From Pocillopora damicornis (lineage: Eukaryota): 64,000 nt of DNA. The stretch lies in contig NW_020844103.1 of the NCBI RefSeq assembly GCF_003704095.1, positions 310,001 to 374,000 of the forward strand, in the 5' to 3' direction. Below the pieces are notes generated by a model, which was not told the origin of the DNA, did not search any database, and saw only the letters and a list, made by a program, of their open reading frames with translations. Of this stretch, positions 11,859 through 26,300 are shown in pieces. The position numbers were made by a program, and so were the translations under genes. Every line of letters starts with the position of its first letter. The first letter of the stretch is position 1.

Positions 11859-14800
11859 ATGGCTGCTCAAGAGAGAGGGATAAATATGATGGGAAAGCCG
11901 GTTTTCGTACATCTCAACGGGGACAGTTATAAGAGAAAGCGTATTGTTGTCAATCACAGAGACATGCGAAGCTTTGAATCTTTCTTAAATACTGTGGCAG
12001 CTAGTTTTCGTACACCAGCTCGAGAAATAAGGACTCCAGGTGGAAGACATCGAATCAGAACGCTTGACGACCTACAGAGAGACTGCACTTATGTCGTTAA
12101 GGGAAGAGAGCCGTTTAAAAAAATTGGGTAAGATTTTTGTTTGCGATGGCGCGATCAGACTCGTGTTTGTGGAGTAATTCTTCATCAAGTGTCATTTGGT
12201 TGATCTTTGTTCACAAATGCAAACTCTCCATATAATGATAGTCTGTTTGCGCTTTATTTTCTCAGATATGATGTGAAAGACTCGAGGCCCAACCGTTTAC
12301 CGCCTCTCAAAGGACCTGAGGTAAGATATGTTCAAAACGCGTCAACATACAGTTAAAATCTAATCTAGGTCATATTTTGTATACTTTGTCGTGCAGTGAT
12401 AAAGGCAATTAAAGACAAATATTGTGTTAGATATTTTTGTACTATTTTTTAATGATCGCACATTCGATCACAATCTATTTTTTCAAAGCAACTATCAATT
12501 GTTCAGAGTTTGATAGGTTGATCTTCTCTATTATTCATGGAGACGATAGAGCCCTAATTATGCCGAGTGAGTTCAATAACAAATTTGGTATCGAAGTGAG
12601 CTTACGATGCATGAATAATTAAACGCTTAAATGTTTAAATAAATATTTAACCCAATTGCTAAGGAGTTATATTCAAATAAAGACTCAAAAAACGTCAATT
12701 TTGAAATCGTGAAAGGATTAATAGGCTGGTCGTATTTTCCAGAGTATACTTCACAGAATTTATTCAATGAGTTGTTCATGTACACGTCTCTCATTGTTTG
12801 AGGGTGTGACTGTCATTTCGTGATTATGTTTCGTTAACAGGTAAATTTCCTCGAGCTAAATCATCGCAAATTTGGAAACGTGCCGGGCAGAGCGAGGGTA
12901 AGCGGTCTACGGAAAAAGGAAGAGATAAAAACCATCATGTAAGTACTGCAGCTCTCGGTAAATAATGTCCTTGTAATGAATTATTTCAAACTTAGCATGA
13001 TTTGAAACCCAGCTTGTAAAAGGTGAACCAGTGGACAGTTAATATGTATGACAAAGGATTGAAACTTGGAGCCACACTGTTTTCTTCTTTTTTCATCAAT
13101 AGGCACTCCCCCTTTTTCAGTGCAGTCCCCAAATCAGTTGCAAAAGGCTCATGACCATTCTTTTACACAGCATTGTTTTTTTCATTTGGAAGTGGTTTGA
13201 GTTCTCATGTCTAGCTTCCATCTAACTCTTGGACTCAGGTTATGTAGAGGGTACCAAGTGTGACTCTGACAATGCACTCGAGCAGCTGTACTGGGTGTTT
13301 TTCATAGCATAGCATAGCCCCTTGCAGAGCTCCCTTGCAATACTTTTGTCAGCATCTTACTAGAGGCTATGTGTCTGTCAATTATTCAAAAGTGTTCTAT
13401 TCCATTTTAGTAACCTGAACAGAGGTATTCTGAATTAAATTTAAATAAACAATGAGGACCATTTGAAATAAAGTACTTTGAGCCCTGTTACTATGCTTGA
13501 GTGAGGCACATATGCCTTGAGTTTTCCCCCTGAAGAACTTTTTCTCTTTGGTTTAATGTGAAATGATTTAACGCAGAATATAAAATATATGTAGAATTAT
13601 GTTTTGGACAAATTAAGCAGATGTTCTTAATGCTCAATTGTTGTGTGGGTGTTAAACCATTCATATTCATGTCACAATGATTAATGTAATATGTAATGTT
13701 TTATTATAACAGTGTTTTTTGCAATGGAGTTGTGGCCAAACCAAAAAGAGTCCAGTTGCGAACAGACTTTAAAATGTTTCAGGTGAGGTGAATACTCCAA
13801 AAATCACATCATGTGCAAAATATGATTTAACCTTTTCACTTCCAAGATCTCATTTTAGTAATTCTCCTTACTATCTGCCATACAATTATTATGATGTTTG
13901 TTTGGAGAACTTTGTATTCGATCAGTCAGTAATCTCCTAATTGCTAGTTTTCTCTATTCTTGTTACTTGTCTGCTGGATGTTGTATTGATATTGCCTTGG
14001 TTGCTTTTGGGAGTAAAAGATTTTGAAAACATATGTAGGTCAATTTAATAAGGAGATCAGGGGCCTGCCCCTTGAAGGTTCTGGTAATTTAAAGCTGTTC
14101 TGTTTTAATACAAAATGGGTGCTTTAAAGGTTTTGAAAACTATAAAATAAAACCATAAGCTAAAGAAAAATATTGTACTTGAGGGGGTGATAGAACTGCT
14201 TCTCTATGCTTTAAATTTTGATCTTAAAAATTTGGCTTTGGGCCCATAAAGTTATTGACTTTCAAGAAATGACCTTTGGGCCGAGTTGTTCAAAGGTGGA
14301 TTAGTGCTAATACCCTCTTTTTGGGATAATTTTCTCTATCCTTTTTACAACAACCAATCATCAAATTGTAGGGAAAAATAATTAAAACGAATTTCTTTTA
14401 AATCTTTTAGATCTGAAATCAAGTTTCACACTAACCCTGGGTTATATTCACCCAGCTTTGCACAACCCAGTTAAGGCCCTACCCTGAATAAAATAATGGA
14501 ACCTTGACTTTCCAGATTTAATGGATGGAAAGCTTATGAATTTAGGAATTTCAGAGTGTCTTTCTGGAGTGCAGAGTTGATTTCAAAATGGTCTTATCCA
14601 TACTAAAATTTTTAAGCACTTTTAAAGCCAGGTAGTTGTAAATATGTTATTTCTTGATGGCAGAGATTATAGGTAAATATTTCTGAAGCATATTTCACCT
14701 TTTAATCTTACCAGTGGTTAGTTGATTGCGATAATCAAAAGCCCTTTTTTTCCTTGAATATGATTAAGGTCTTAGAGTCTGTGAATGATAAAGTGAGCTC

Positions 14801-17800
14801 AGTCAGCAAGAATGGTGCAGTTTATGAGTAAGTCTTCATTGCTTTAGTAAATTACATGTAGGTAGTCTTGAACAGTGTTAAGAGTGTGGCTATTAATTCT
14901 AGACGTGTTTGTGCACTCAAAAGAATTGTTAAAAAAAAAGGAAGAAAAAAAGGTCAATTTTCAAATCTCTTTGAAACTTCCAAATAAGCTCTACATGAAA
15001 CCAGTGTCTGTTGAAGGATTACTTTGTTCATTGATCAATGATATCTACTAAAAAAAACACTGTAAGTTGGATTCTGTTACTTTTTTGCCTGACATGGTAA
15101 CAAAAAAACTTTAGATCAGCACCAACATCAACCTCAGTTGAAAGTCAGCCAAAAATAATCCTCTGGCAAAGTTTTAAATGCAATTTTGTTTCTCTAAATT
15201 GAATGAATGTGTGAAGACTGTCAACTTTCTTAATATCATTTACGCACATCACTTACTTGATCACTCAGATAATATTCAATCATCTTTCTAATATTTATGT
15301 TTGTGTTTCAGTCTGTATACTTTAGATGGTCAAAAGATATCAGAACCATCACAGCTGAATGATTCTGGACAATATGTTGCTGTTGGGAGAGAACGATTGT
15401 ATGTTTAGTCTAACTTCTTCTTTAATGATGTATCTGTTTAACCTTTCACAACAGAACATCTGTAAGTTTATACTCCATACTGTTCTCTATACATTTCCTA
15501 TGGTGCTGACAAGGAGAATTTCTTGAACAATCAATAGTATCTTTGGTTTGTGATCAAAATCCTTTATTCTCTTGACTTAAATGTTTGATTCAGGGGTGAT
15601 ATTGAATGGAGAAATTAGATGCTAGTCACCCACTGGGATCAAAGTGCTGATCCATTTTCCATGATAGAAAAGAATGCTTAAAAAAGTGGAAATCAGAGTT
15701 GGAGCTGACTGTATTGTGCAACAAGTGAATTATGATGAGTAATTGTGAAATTATTCATAATTATTGTTTTGGAATTTAAAGTGTTCCAGGAAGTACTTCC
15801 AGTTTTAAAAGAGCATTTCTAGACACTTAAAGATCAATTACTTGGTTGGTGGGATGAGTCTGTAATTTTCCTTGATTATCATGATTGTGACTTGAAGCAA
15901 AAAGGTTCATTCCATGTTCTGAACACATAATTTGTAGAAGAATCTGACTGGATTGCAAGTGGTTTTCCTTTGAAATATTTCAATTAACTCCCTTGGCCTC
16001 CATACCAAGATCTACAAAACCATACTCCTATCAGTGGGCTGAGCAATTGATTATATAGTTTACTTCTATGTAACCAACAGACTGATGAAGGCTGAATAAT
16101 TCAGTCAAAATATTTCCAAAGAAAAACTAATTACGTTCCCATCATATTCCTTTACATACAAATTTTATGATAATAATTCACCCTTAATGTTCTTTGGACT
16201 TTCATTTCAGCTTTGATAGAAGTGTTACCTACAGTGACCAAGGAGTAGCAGCCCAGTTAACTCCAAGAAGGTGCAATAATCATTTATTTAGGATTTTTCT
16301 TTCACAATTTCTTTTTTCACAACCACAGTTATTTTAAGAATTGGTTAAATAAATTAAGAAAGGTTTATTCTTAGGTTTCCATAGTGGTCATTGGGTTACA
16401 CACATGTAAATATATTTATTTGTAAGATAACAATAATTATATTTGTTTTGAGGAAAGATGATAAAAAAAAAGAAAAAATAGTTATTAGTCTTTGAATCAA
16501 GGAACTCAAAGACAAACATGGATCAAATGTAGCTGATAAGATATATGTAGAGACATTCTTAAGAGAAACATGATTAAAAATCATATTTGTGTCAAGTTCA
16601 CTTGTTAATCAGTTTTTAGTGTTAAGAATTAATACATTTCACATTGTGAATTGACTTAAGTTTAATTTTTAAAAGTAAACTTACTTCACGGCTGATGATT
16701 ATTTGTTTTCCAACAGAACCTCAACCAAAGCCAAAGGAATAGAAAGAAAACCCCCCAGTAAAGTAAGGTTAACTTAAACATTTTGGGTTTAGAGTGTGCA
16801 CTGTTTCTCAGGGTCTTTGTAAAATTATGTTGGATACAAAGCCCCAATTTTTTTTTTGAATTCCATCTTAAATTGTACCCTCTTCCTTTCAGAAGTGAGG
16901 AAATTGTTTAATATGTTTTGATCATTATGACATGACCATCATGAATGACTAGCCCTTAAATATATATTTATATGAAATGAATTTCATATAAAATTGGAAA
17001 ACAGCTACATTGATAATTCGAAATTGATAACATTGTTTATTGAAGTTAATGAGTGTAATTTAAATGTTTTCATTCAGAGAGGAGCAGCTAAACGAGCCAC
17101 AAAAAAGAAGTCACTTGTGGCCGACAATGAGGAGCCTGTGAGTAAAATCAATTACTTGAATCAGCTGTAGAGTGCAAGTCAAATAACATTTAATTATTCA
17201 CTGAAGTTGACGTACATGATGTCCACCACTTTCAGTGACACTGAGGTGAATACATGGACTACGTCCTGTTTTAGTATATACCACACAGACACCAAAAATG
17301 AACCTTTATTTTTTTTGCAATATACCGAAAAATAATTAGAAATTGAAGTACTGATATGCAATTTTTGCCTCTTCTGCCACTAAAAGGTAAATAATACTTG
17401 TTAATCACTTTCAAACTTCCCAATTCATGGGTGCAATCAACAACTATCCACCAAAGTGGAGGTGGCTAGTAGTGGATATTTACTGAGCCATGAAGCACAG
17501 CAGGGTATGTATCCACCACCAGCCACCAACACTGTGGTGAATATTTTTTTTCAGTACCTGGTAAAACAATGAGATCAGACACAGCACAAAGATAATTTAA
17601 CTCATTTAGTCCTGAAACGATTAACTGGCTGTGATTTGTACACATGATTAGTAAATAAACATTTTATTACAGTGCCTATAATTTAGAGGCTCCATTGGTG
17701 CACCTCATCTGGCAGAGATCTGATACAAATATTGATACTCCAAGTTCAATCTTTTGCCAGGCTAAACATCTGACTGTATGGTTCACCCAGAATTGGGTAT

Positions 17801-20800
17801 TAACTGTAAATCATCACTAATGTGTACTTAACAATATTAAATTTTTTTTCAGCAGGTGAACAGTCTGCCCCCATACATGGCAACAAGAGATGAACCAGAA
17901 CCATTTTCTCCTTTTGATTCTTTGAAAGATACTCTAGCTGAGTCTCTTAGAGATGATGAGCCAGTGAGAGGCCATGTGACGGAAAGAAGTGACTCTCCAC
18001 ATGAATCAGAGATTGAGGATATACCAATAGAGGAAACTTTAAAGGATCAGGTTGCTAATGTTCTTGGAGACAATGGTGTTCCAGTTGATAATTTTGTGTT
18101 TGGCAGAAAAGATAGTGCAGATAATGGTATGTCTAAAAACTCAATTGGTCAATAAGCATGCTAGAAATTGAGGAAAGATTTTTCAAGTGTGTGATTAGCA
18201 GCTAGTAGTAATGTTTGTCCTGGTTAAACAATTTCTTTTTCCTTTTGACTTTTGTTTATTCTAGCATTGTATTATAGTTTAAGAAAGTTCTCAGGGATGC
18301 TAAAAATGACTCAAATATGTTGATGCAAGTTATCTGAACACTCTGATGAGCCTTCCTGTTAGGGTGCCAAACTTGTTACCTGGTGGTCCTGGGTTCAAGT
18401 AATACACCCTGCTACTCACTGGATTTGTTCTTGGTTGTCTGGAATTCAACTCCTGGGCAGTACCCTGTAAATAGCCAACTGGTCTGGGTCCTGATAGTTG
18501 GGATTTTCAAGCACTTGCACTTGTTTTTGATATGTTACTCAAAATATTTGTTTCTCTCTCTTAACAGTGCTTGGAGGCTTGCAATAAGCACTAATATATA
18601 AATTGTGAATTTAAAATATTTGTTTCATTTCCCTCTCTGATTATCCTCCCTCTGGGACTTCAAGTTTGGAAAGCCTCCTCTTTGTCCCCCTCTTGAACTT
18701 AAGCAAAAAAAACCAACAAGCTTATGTGGTCAACAAATTCACTTGGAGTGAGTTGTTCAGTGAACAATGTGTTACCATATCAGTTACTTCTGAATTTGTG
18801 CAAATCATGCTTCAAACAACTTGGTGCTGGTAGCCTTTAATATAACTCAATTCATTCTCTTGCTTGATATGGACATTTTTTCTCTTTGCAGGGAAGCCAT
18901 CAGTGTATGAAGCTAGTGGCGAGAACAGAGAGGATGCCAGAGAAATCCAAGATGATAGAGGTGACGCCCTGTTTACTTTAATTTGTTAACTATAAGTGAT
19001 CTTGTGAGGAGCAATCACACTCGTTCGATATACACTATTTATTTTTCCAACTCACTAGCAACTCCGATCTCACCATCAATGACCCTAAATCAGCCATCAT
19101 ATTTTGGTACCAATCTGTCATGAACCTATCAACAAGCTCATTGTGATGCTTTTGTCACAACAAACTAGTTTCTAATGTCACGGACACTATTTGAATACAA
19201 GGTTGACACAAATGTTACTTGTTTTGATGTGTATCCAACCTCGAGTAGTACATTTTGTATGTCTCAGCTGTCTTGTCCTGCATGTTGTGTGTGCAGTTTT
19301 GCCTGAGTTTGAATTTAAAACATTCAGAGATGATGTGGTGTACCATAATGTTCCCAGCTTTACATTACATGTTACATTGTATTGTAAAATTATAAAAATC
19401 TTTCCTTCTTTTTAAAGAAACAATAGAAGACAAACCCATTGATCAAATGCCAGCTGAAGAGGTTGCTGATGAAGAAATAGGAGATGAAAATTATGGCAAC
19501 CGAAATAATTCCACAGACAAGATACGCAATGAAGAAGAACGGGAAGAGATGGAGGAAAATGGTGAAACAAAACATTATGACAATGAAAGAGTAAGTGACT
19601 GGAATGCATTTGGTTTAGACTAGTACTTTGCAATACTGTAGTTCAGTTAAAAGTAATAATTAAATAGTTCGCATAGCAGCACTTTTGGAACCCATACAGA
19701 CACACAGGGGTATTGTTGTTATATATAAATGTTGTCGAAATTTTAGTAAAGAAAAGAAACCTCTGTGAAGTGGCATTCTGATGCATTTTGGGCCTCATAG
19801 TTTACAGCTAGCACCCACTCTTGTTAGTTAACCCTTAAACTCCCAAGATCTTATTGTTAATTCTTTTCTCTAGCTGCTACATCTTGCCTTGTAATTAAGC
19901 AATGAAAATTTGGTGTTTCATCAGGACAACTTCTTCCTGTTAAGTTTGAGTATTCTCATTACCTGTTTGCTGGATGATGTATCAATATTATGGGGAGAAG
20001 TTACATGTGAATCACTTCTGTGAGAGCTGTGGAAACCAGCAGGGGAAGCTGCACTTAGTGAGATTTAGTGAAGTCCTTTAAGTTTAGAGAAGTTAGAGCA
20101 TTATCTTAGCTAGTTTTAACAATTAGAGTTAACTGTGTCAGGTAGCTGAGAAGGAAGGTACATTTGTCAAGTCACAGTCTTCGTTACAGAGGTTGAGATG
20201 TCAGAGAAAAGGTGCGGTAGAAAAGTTAGGAGCTGATATTAAGCTTGATTGGCCATGTTGCCATGGAGCATCTTGCCCTTGAGTACAGAAGAAACCACGA
20301 ATAGAAAAACTAAAATAGATCTGCTCTCAGGACTACAACGTGACTGTGGAGGTTAACAGAGGGCAAAATAGATCTTGTTACTCGTTAAAAGCTCATGATG
20401 CAGCAGTGAAGTCCCCAGACATTAAAAGCTTTGTTTTGGTTAACCCTAGCTCATTTTATTTGTGAGGCCAAACAGGATCATAGCTTTTTATCCCCTGGGA
20501 TCCAGCCTGGCTTCCAAATCTGCTTGAAATGAGCTAGATACTTTCTTCTCCTCCCTGATCAGCAGGGTTACTTAATAGGTAAAAGAGTATATGTAGCTTT
20601 TCAATCAGGGTAGGTGTAAGCTAAACTGTGCCCAAAATCTGTGGTAGAAGTGCTGAAACCCATGCATTCTTAACATACTCTTTTGAGTATTGTGTTATTT
20701 TAAAAGTGGTAGAGTCACCGATAAAACTCCTGGTGGTAGTTGGTTGTGAGGTATCCATTTCAAAGTCAATTGAGGGAAAGGTGACATTTACTTTTGGAGA

Positions 20801-21084
20801 TGAATTAGTTGTTAGGGGTGACTCACTTTGTGTGTGTGTGTTTCTTTTTTTAGGATCAACCAAAAGCAAGTGAACAAATTGAGTCTAAAGATACAAATGA
20901 AAGTATAGAACAACAAGAACAACTTGAGCCAACAGGCACTAACAGGCCACAAGAAGAGATTGATACAACTGAAAATAGTGAGCCACGAGAAGAGATTGAT
21001 ACAACTGAGCACAATGAGCTGCAAGACTTAAACAACCATAATGAACCACAAAATGAACACGATCGACAGGAATCTGTACAGTGA
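11859..21084 (+). CDS. DCDC2: Doublecortin domain-containing protein 2-like; 13 exons starting at 11859, 12266, 12841, 13713, 14769, 15312, 16211, 16717, 17078, 17853/17856, 18892, 19418, 20854
   Basis: DCX1 (VHLNGD...RSFESFL...IRTPGGRHRIRTLDDL...YVVKGREPF) and DCX2 (VFCNG...LYTLDGQKI...QYVAVGRERF), then an acidic tail including ETIEDKPIDQMPAEEVADEE. All intron phases join in frame to TGA at 21082-21084. Confidence 0.8.
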
Positions 21085-23398
21085 AATTATTTGTTATGAT
21101 TATACAGTTAGTAGTTAAGTAGAGCAACTCTTGTTCTTCTGAGTAAAAATGTGGCATGCTCCACAGGTTTCCTGGAGGAAAGAAAAGATCCTCCTTTTTT
21201 AAGAAGACAGCCTCTTGCCATGTTATGTTTCTAGAGGAAGAGTTGTCGAGGATTATTATATTTTTAAAAACTCAAGACATGACTCGGTGATTTACATCTT
21301 TGGAAGAAAGATTGTAGTTCAGCAACACACATTATAGTCCCTATCCTATACTGGTGGGGAACGTTTCAGGATTGATCAACTGTTTACAGGACTGTTAAGA
21401 AGGTATTATTTTCTCCCCAGTACAATAATTTTACTGATCTGAAAAAAATCTAAAAATTTATTTCAAATGGAGAACAAATCACAAAAGTCTCAGAAACATG
21501 TGCAAGATCTATTTAATTTCTGGAAATTATTCTGAGATTAACAAAGACTCTTAAATTTAACTTGAATAAATCCTCTTGATGAACATTCTGTTTTCGCTTT
21601 CCTCACAAGGAATCCTTTTGTTTGTTTTTGGGATTTTGTGTCAAAGGAAATCATTTTATACAGTAAATAAATAATTATGTTTATGTGGTAATGCAAGTTG
21701 TAACGGTATATTTTTACGGCGTTTCATTCGTTTATGCATTTCGTAATGTAAATACATCAACTTGAAGAGTCTTTAATATAACGTGGGCTTTGTTTGTAAA
21801 CGTAGTAAAGTGGTTGTTAAGATAGCTCAGGTACACCAGTTGTTTTCACTAGAGGTCTTAAATGGTCATTTGTCTGACAGTTGGATTAAATATTACTTTC
21901 TTTACCCAAATGGAGTACTGATTTGGACAATGGAATTAGTAATAAAAGCAAATATAAGTGAAGTTTATACCTGAGCTAAGTGGCCAATGCTGCATAGGCT
22001 GGCCTACTCCACCCTGTATGGTTGTACCAGTTCATTGCAAAGTTGCCCACCAGGTCTCCCTGACAATTCAACTGTACCCACATGCACCTTTGGGAGGAGA
22101 GAGGGATCGTGAGCATAAAGTATTTTGCTCAAGAACATAACACAATAACCAGGTCTGCACAGCTGACCATAAGGCCACCAAAATAGTTAATATAAAATAG
22201 TAAAAGCTACAGCAGCTGGGAAATAAGTTGTAGTTTACCTTTCTGCATGAAAGTTTTTTAGTGGCTCGGTGCTTGAGATTGATTTTCACTTTCTTGAATA
22301 TTTGCTCAGTATTACAAACTAGTAACCACTGGCTTTAATCTGCAAGAACCCCTGTCTCTCACAACTGAACCATTTCAACACCAACATCTGTTAGCAACAC
22401 AGTTTTCAAGTTGAATTCAACACTGTTCTTTTGCTTTCAGCATGGCTAGATACTGTTGAAATTGTTTGTCTGCTGGGCTTATAGCCAGCAGGTAGTTTTA
22501 CATATATATATGCTAACAAATTCGTACTGGACTTTTTCTCCTTGATTGAGCTTTTTTTGTATGAAAACACTATTGCAAAAACAAAATGATCTGGGGATTA
22601 AAGAAGGAAACATTCTTCAATTTAGAGGAAAGAGATTTATTTCTTTTTAATATGAGCTCAATTACTACATTTACAACAGTAATATAAATAATGATAGTGA
22701 GAATTTCAAAACTAACAACAACTAAAACACTTTTTCTTACATGTTTTTTTTTTGTTTGAGATTAAAATAAATTTCCGAGGTAAAATATTTTTTATCTATA
22801 ATTCGTGAGCATTTCAGAAATCAGCCAGCTTTCTGAATTTTGAAGTAAACAACCCATAACCCACCTAACCCTTTCTAGAAAAAAATATAAATATTAGGTT
22901 AATCTCTTTGCTAATAACATCTTCAAAAATTTTACATCAAATGCAAGGAAATGGATGGCACATTTCCCAATAAGACTAGATCCTAACATATCCAACAATC
23001 TCAATTGGCAAGTTCTGCTCCAGACAAAATGAATGACAAAAAAAAGAGAGATTCACATGCTTGGATTTCATGATATAGAGATGTTCAGAAACTGGAAAAA
23101 TAGGAAACAGAAGAATTGGTTCCTAGTGCTTGTTTGGCCAAGAAGACTGGATATTAACCTCTTTGTGTGTGTTTTCATGGACTGAGAAAAAATGGGGGAA
23201 AAAAAACTTTGTCAATGTCTCCTCATCTTGACCTCGTGCTTGGATAATAACCCCACATATATTGTTATATCAACTATAGTAATCATTATTGATTTGTGTT
23301 AATTAAAGGATCAATCTATTCCAAAGACTAATTTCGACAATAACCCCACATGTATTGTCATATCAGCTAATCATCATTGATTTGTGTTAATTAAAGGA

Positions 23399-26300
23399 TC
23401 AATATATTCCATGGACTAATTTCAGTTGCTTAATAAGGTTGTGCTTCTCATTTTCCGGAAGAAATGCAGATCTTGCAGCATTAAATGTCTGAAAAACACA
23501 ATGATAGCATGTATGCGCCTCTTTGTTATATCAACACACTTCTTAGGAAGAAAAATAAGTTAAAAAACTAATGGCAAGTGTGGCAAAACATGTTATGAGC
23601 AAGCTAGGGTGCATTCTACATGCATGTACATTCCACCCAGCAGGCTAGAGTGCATTTTGCATACATGCATATTCTGCCCAGCAAGCTAGTGTGCATTTTG
23701 CATACACATATAATCTGGCCAGCAGGCCAGGATGTATTTCACATACATGTATATTCTGCCCAGCAAGCCAGGATGCATTTCACATACATGTATATTCCAC
23801 CCAGCTGGCTAGGGTGCATTTTGCATACATATATAATCTGTCCAGCAAGCCAGGATGCATTTTGCATCAATACACATTCCTCCTAGCAAGCCAGGATGCA
23901 TTTCACATACATGTACATTCTGCCCAGCAAGCCAGGATGCATTTTACACTGTACATGTATATTCCACCTGGCAGTCTAGGGAGCATTTTACATACCTGTA
24001 TATTCTGCCCAGCAAGCTAGGGTGCATTTTGCATACATGCATAATCTGCACAGCAAACCAGAATACATTTTGCATCAATGTATATTCTGCCCAATTCTGC
24101 CCAGCAAGCTAGGGTGCATTTAGCATAAATGTATAATTTGCCCAGCGAGCCAGGATGCATTTTGCATCTAAGTATATTCTGCCCAGCAAGCCAGGATGCA
24201 TTTCACATACATGTATATATTCTGCCCAACAAGCCAGGATGCACTTTGTACATGTTTATTCCACCCAGCAACTCAGGGTCCTTTTTGCATATATGTATAT
24301 TCTGCCCAGCAAGCCAGGGTGCATTTTGCATACATTTAACTACTGCTTAAGAAGCCAGGGTGCATTTTGCATAAATGTATATTCCACCCAGCAACTCAGG
24401 GTCCATTTTGCATTCATGTCTATTCTGTCTAACAAGCCAGGGTGCATTTTGCACACATTTATACTCTGCCCAGAAAGCAAGGGTGCATTTCACGTACATG
24501 TATTGCCTGCTCATTCCTGCCTGCCCATTTTTTTTCCACTGAACATGAGCTTGCCATAAGCTAATATTCAAATTATTTTTATTGTATGAAGCATTTGGAC
24601 TGGACTGAATGTCGTAAAACCAAAACCAAAGTAATCTAAATGGCCAATTAGAAGAAAGGAAGATACCTTTAAAAAGCCAATGAAATTCACTTAATACCTA
24701 CTTACATGTACGCACATAAAAACAAAATAACTTGCGCAAAATGCAGGAAAACATATATGACCTAGTTGTAATTGGTTTTAGTTTTAGTTTCAGTGCAGGG
24801 TAGGGCTTCATTGCACCCAAACATCCTAATCTAAACTCCAGTGCTCTGTTTTGTGAAAGAGTAGCTTAACTATCACGCAGCTTTGCATTGCAAAAGCCAA
24901 GAAAGAGACAACATAACATACCGCTTGGGTTAATTCTGCAGGGGTCAGTCCAATTTTATTAAAAGCAACGCCTTGTTCAAGGTCCACTCTTGTTTGGCAA
25001 ACAAGTGGATCATCTGAGTTAATGGAAAAATTTACTCCATCCTCAACAAACCTTGAAACAAAGAACACTCAATATTAAAATAAAACTAAATTAGAAAACA
25101 TACACAGGATATTTGCTCAAAGCCACATTTGCAACAATCTTGTCCAGTGAAAGGGATCTTACTCCTTTTGGACAAAGAGTGAAAATAGCAATGACAAAAA
25201 GATATCATTTCAAAGCCGTTAAGTTAAACAAGCCTTTTAATACAACCTACATATTATTGGGTCCACTTTACATTGCTCTAATGGTAACAATTTAATCTTC
25301 TAATTACTAAGGATAACAAGGAACACTTTCTCACAGATAGGCATTAACTTTTTTATAACTAAGCAATTCTAATGAAGGATAAAGTTAAATTGACTAACTA
25401 TACAGAACTTAAGAAGTGGCATCTTATAACTATGAGCTAAATTTCCATTGTCAGTGTCAACAAAGCTAATCTTGTTTGAAGGACAGCAGATAGCTTCTAT
25501 GGTCACCCATCCCCTGCTGCATACATAAGTTTTTACTAGTAGAGATCTATCAAATATATAATAATGTAGAAAGTATATGCAGGTTACATATTTTTCTCCC
25601 AGCACTCAGAGGCTCACTATAAAATTTGCATAATTATANNNNNNNNNNNNNNNNNNNNNNNNNNNNNNNNNNNNNNNNNNNNNNNNNNNNNNNNNNNNNN
25701 NNNNNNNNNNNNNNNNNNNNNNNNNNNNNNNNNNNNNNTATGATGTTTAAAACCCCCTGCATTGAAACTATTCTGTACCCAGAGTTCTCATGGTCAGACA
25801 GGCAAGCAAACATATCCGGCCAGCTACTACTGACAAGCTCTCCAGCACATTACACCTTTCTCAAGACCACTGAAAATTATACTTTACAAATTCAGTGCAA
25901 TTCAATTCATTCAGTTTGTTTCTCAAAAGTCTAGAGGTTTGCAATTCCCAAAGCTGTTTTTGTCATGTTTTTATTTCAAAATGGATTTATGCTTTAACTA
26001 ATTAAAACTAACATCTGTTAATTAAAACAGTTTTGAATTTCAAACAATAAAAATATCAGAAAATGAAACAAAGGCTTGCACTGTTATTCTCCTTAGAGTA
26101 ACAGTTTAGAATAATTATGGCTTTAAGCCTGTTAAGCTATTATAACTTTCAAGAAACTCTCCCATTGGTCTCTGTCTGACCTTCTATGCCACTGGAATGC
26201 TGGCAGAAAAAGAATGTTGCTGTAGCAACTCTTATGATGTAAGCTCTTAAAATGAATAAGGCAATGATTTCACTTCAAACCAGTAAATTGCGTGCCGGCT

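Noticed and set aside
23620-24571. His/Cys-rich repetitive ORFs
   Set aside because: They are translations of the intronic minisatellite in several frames, with no gene structure.
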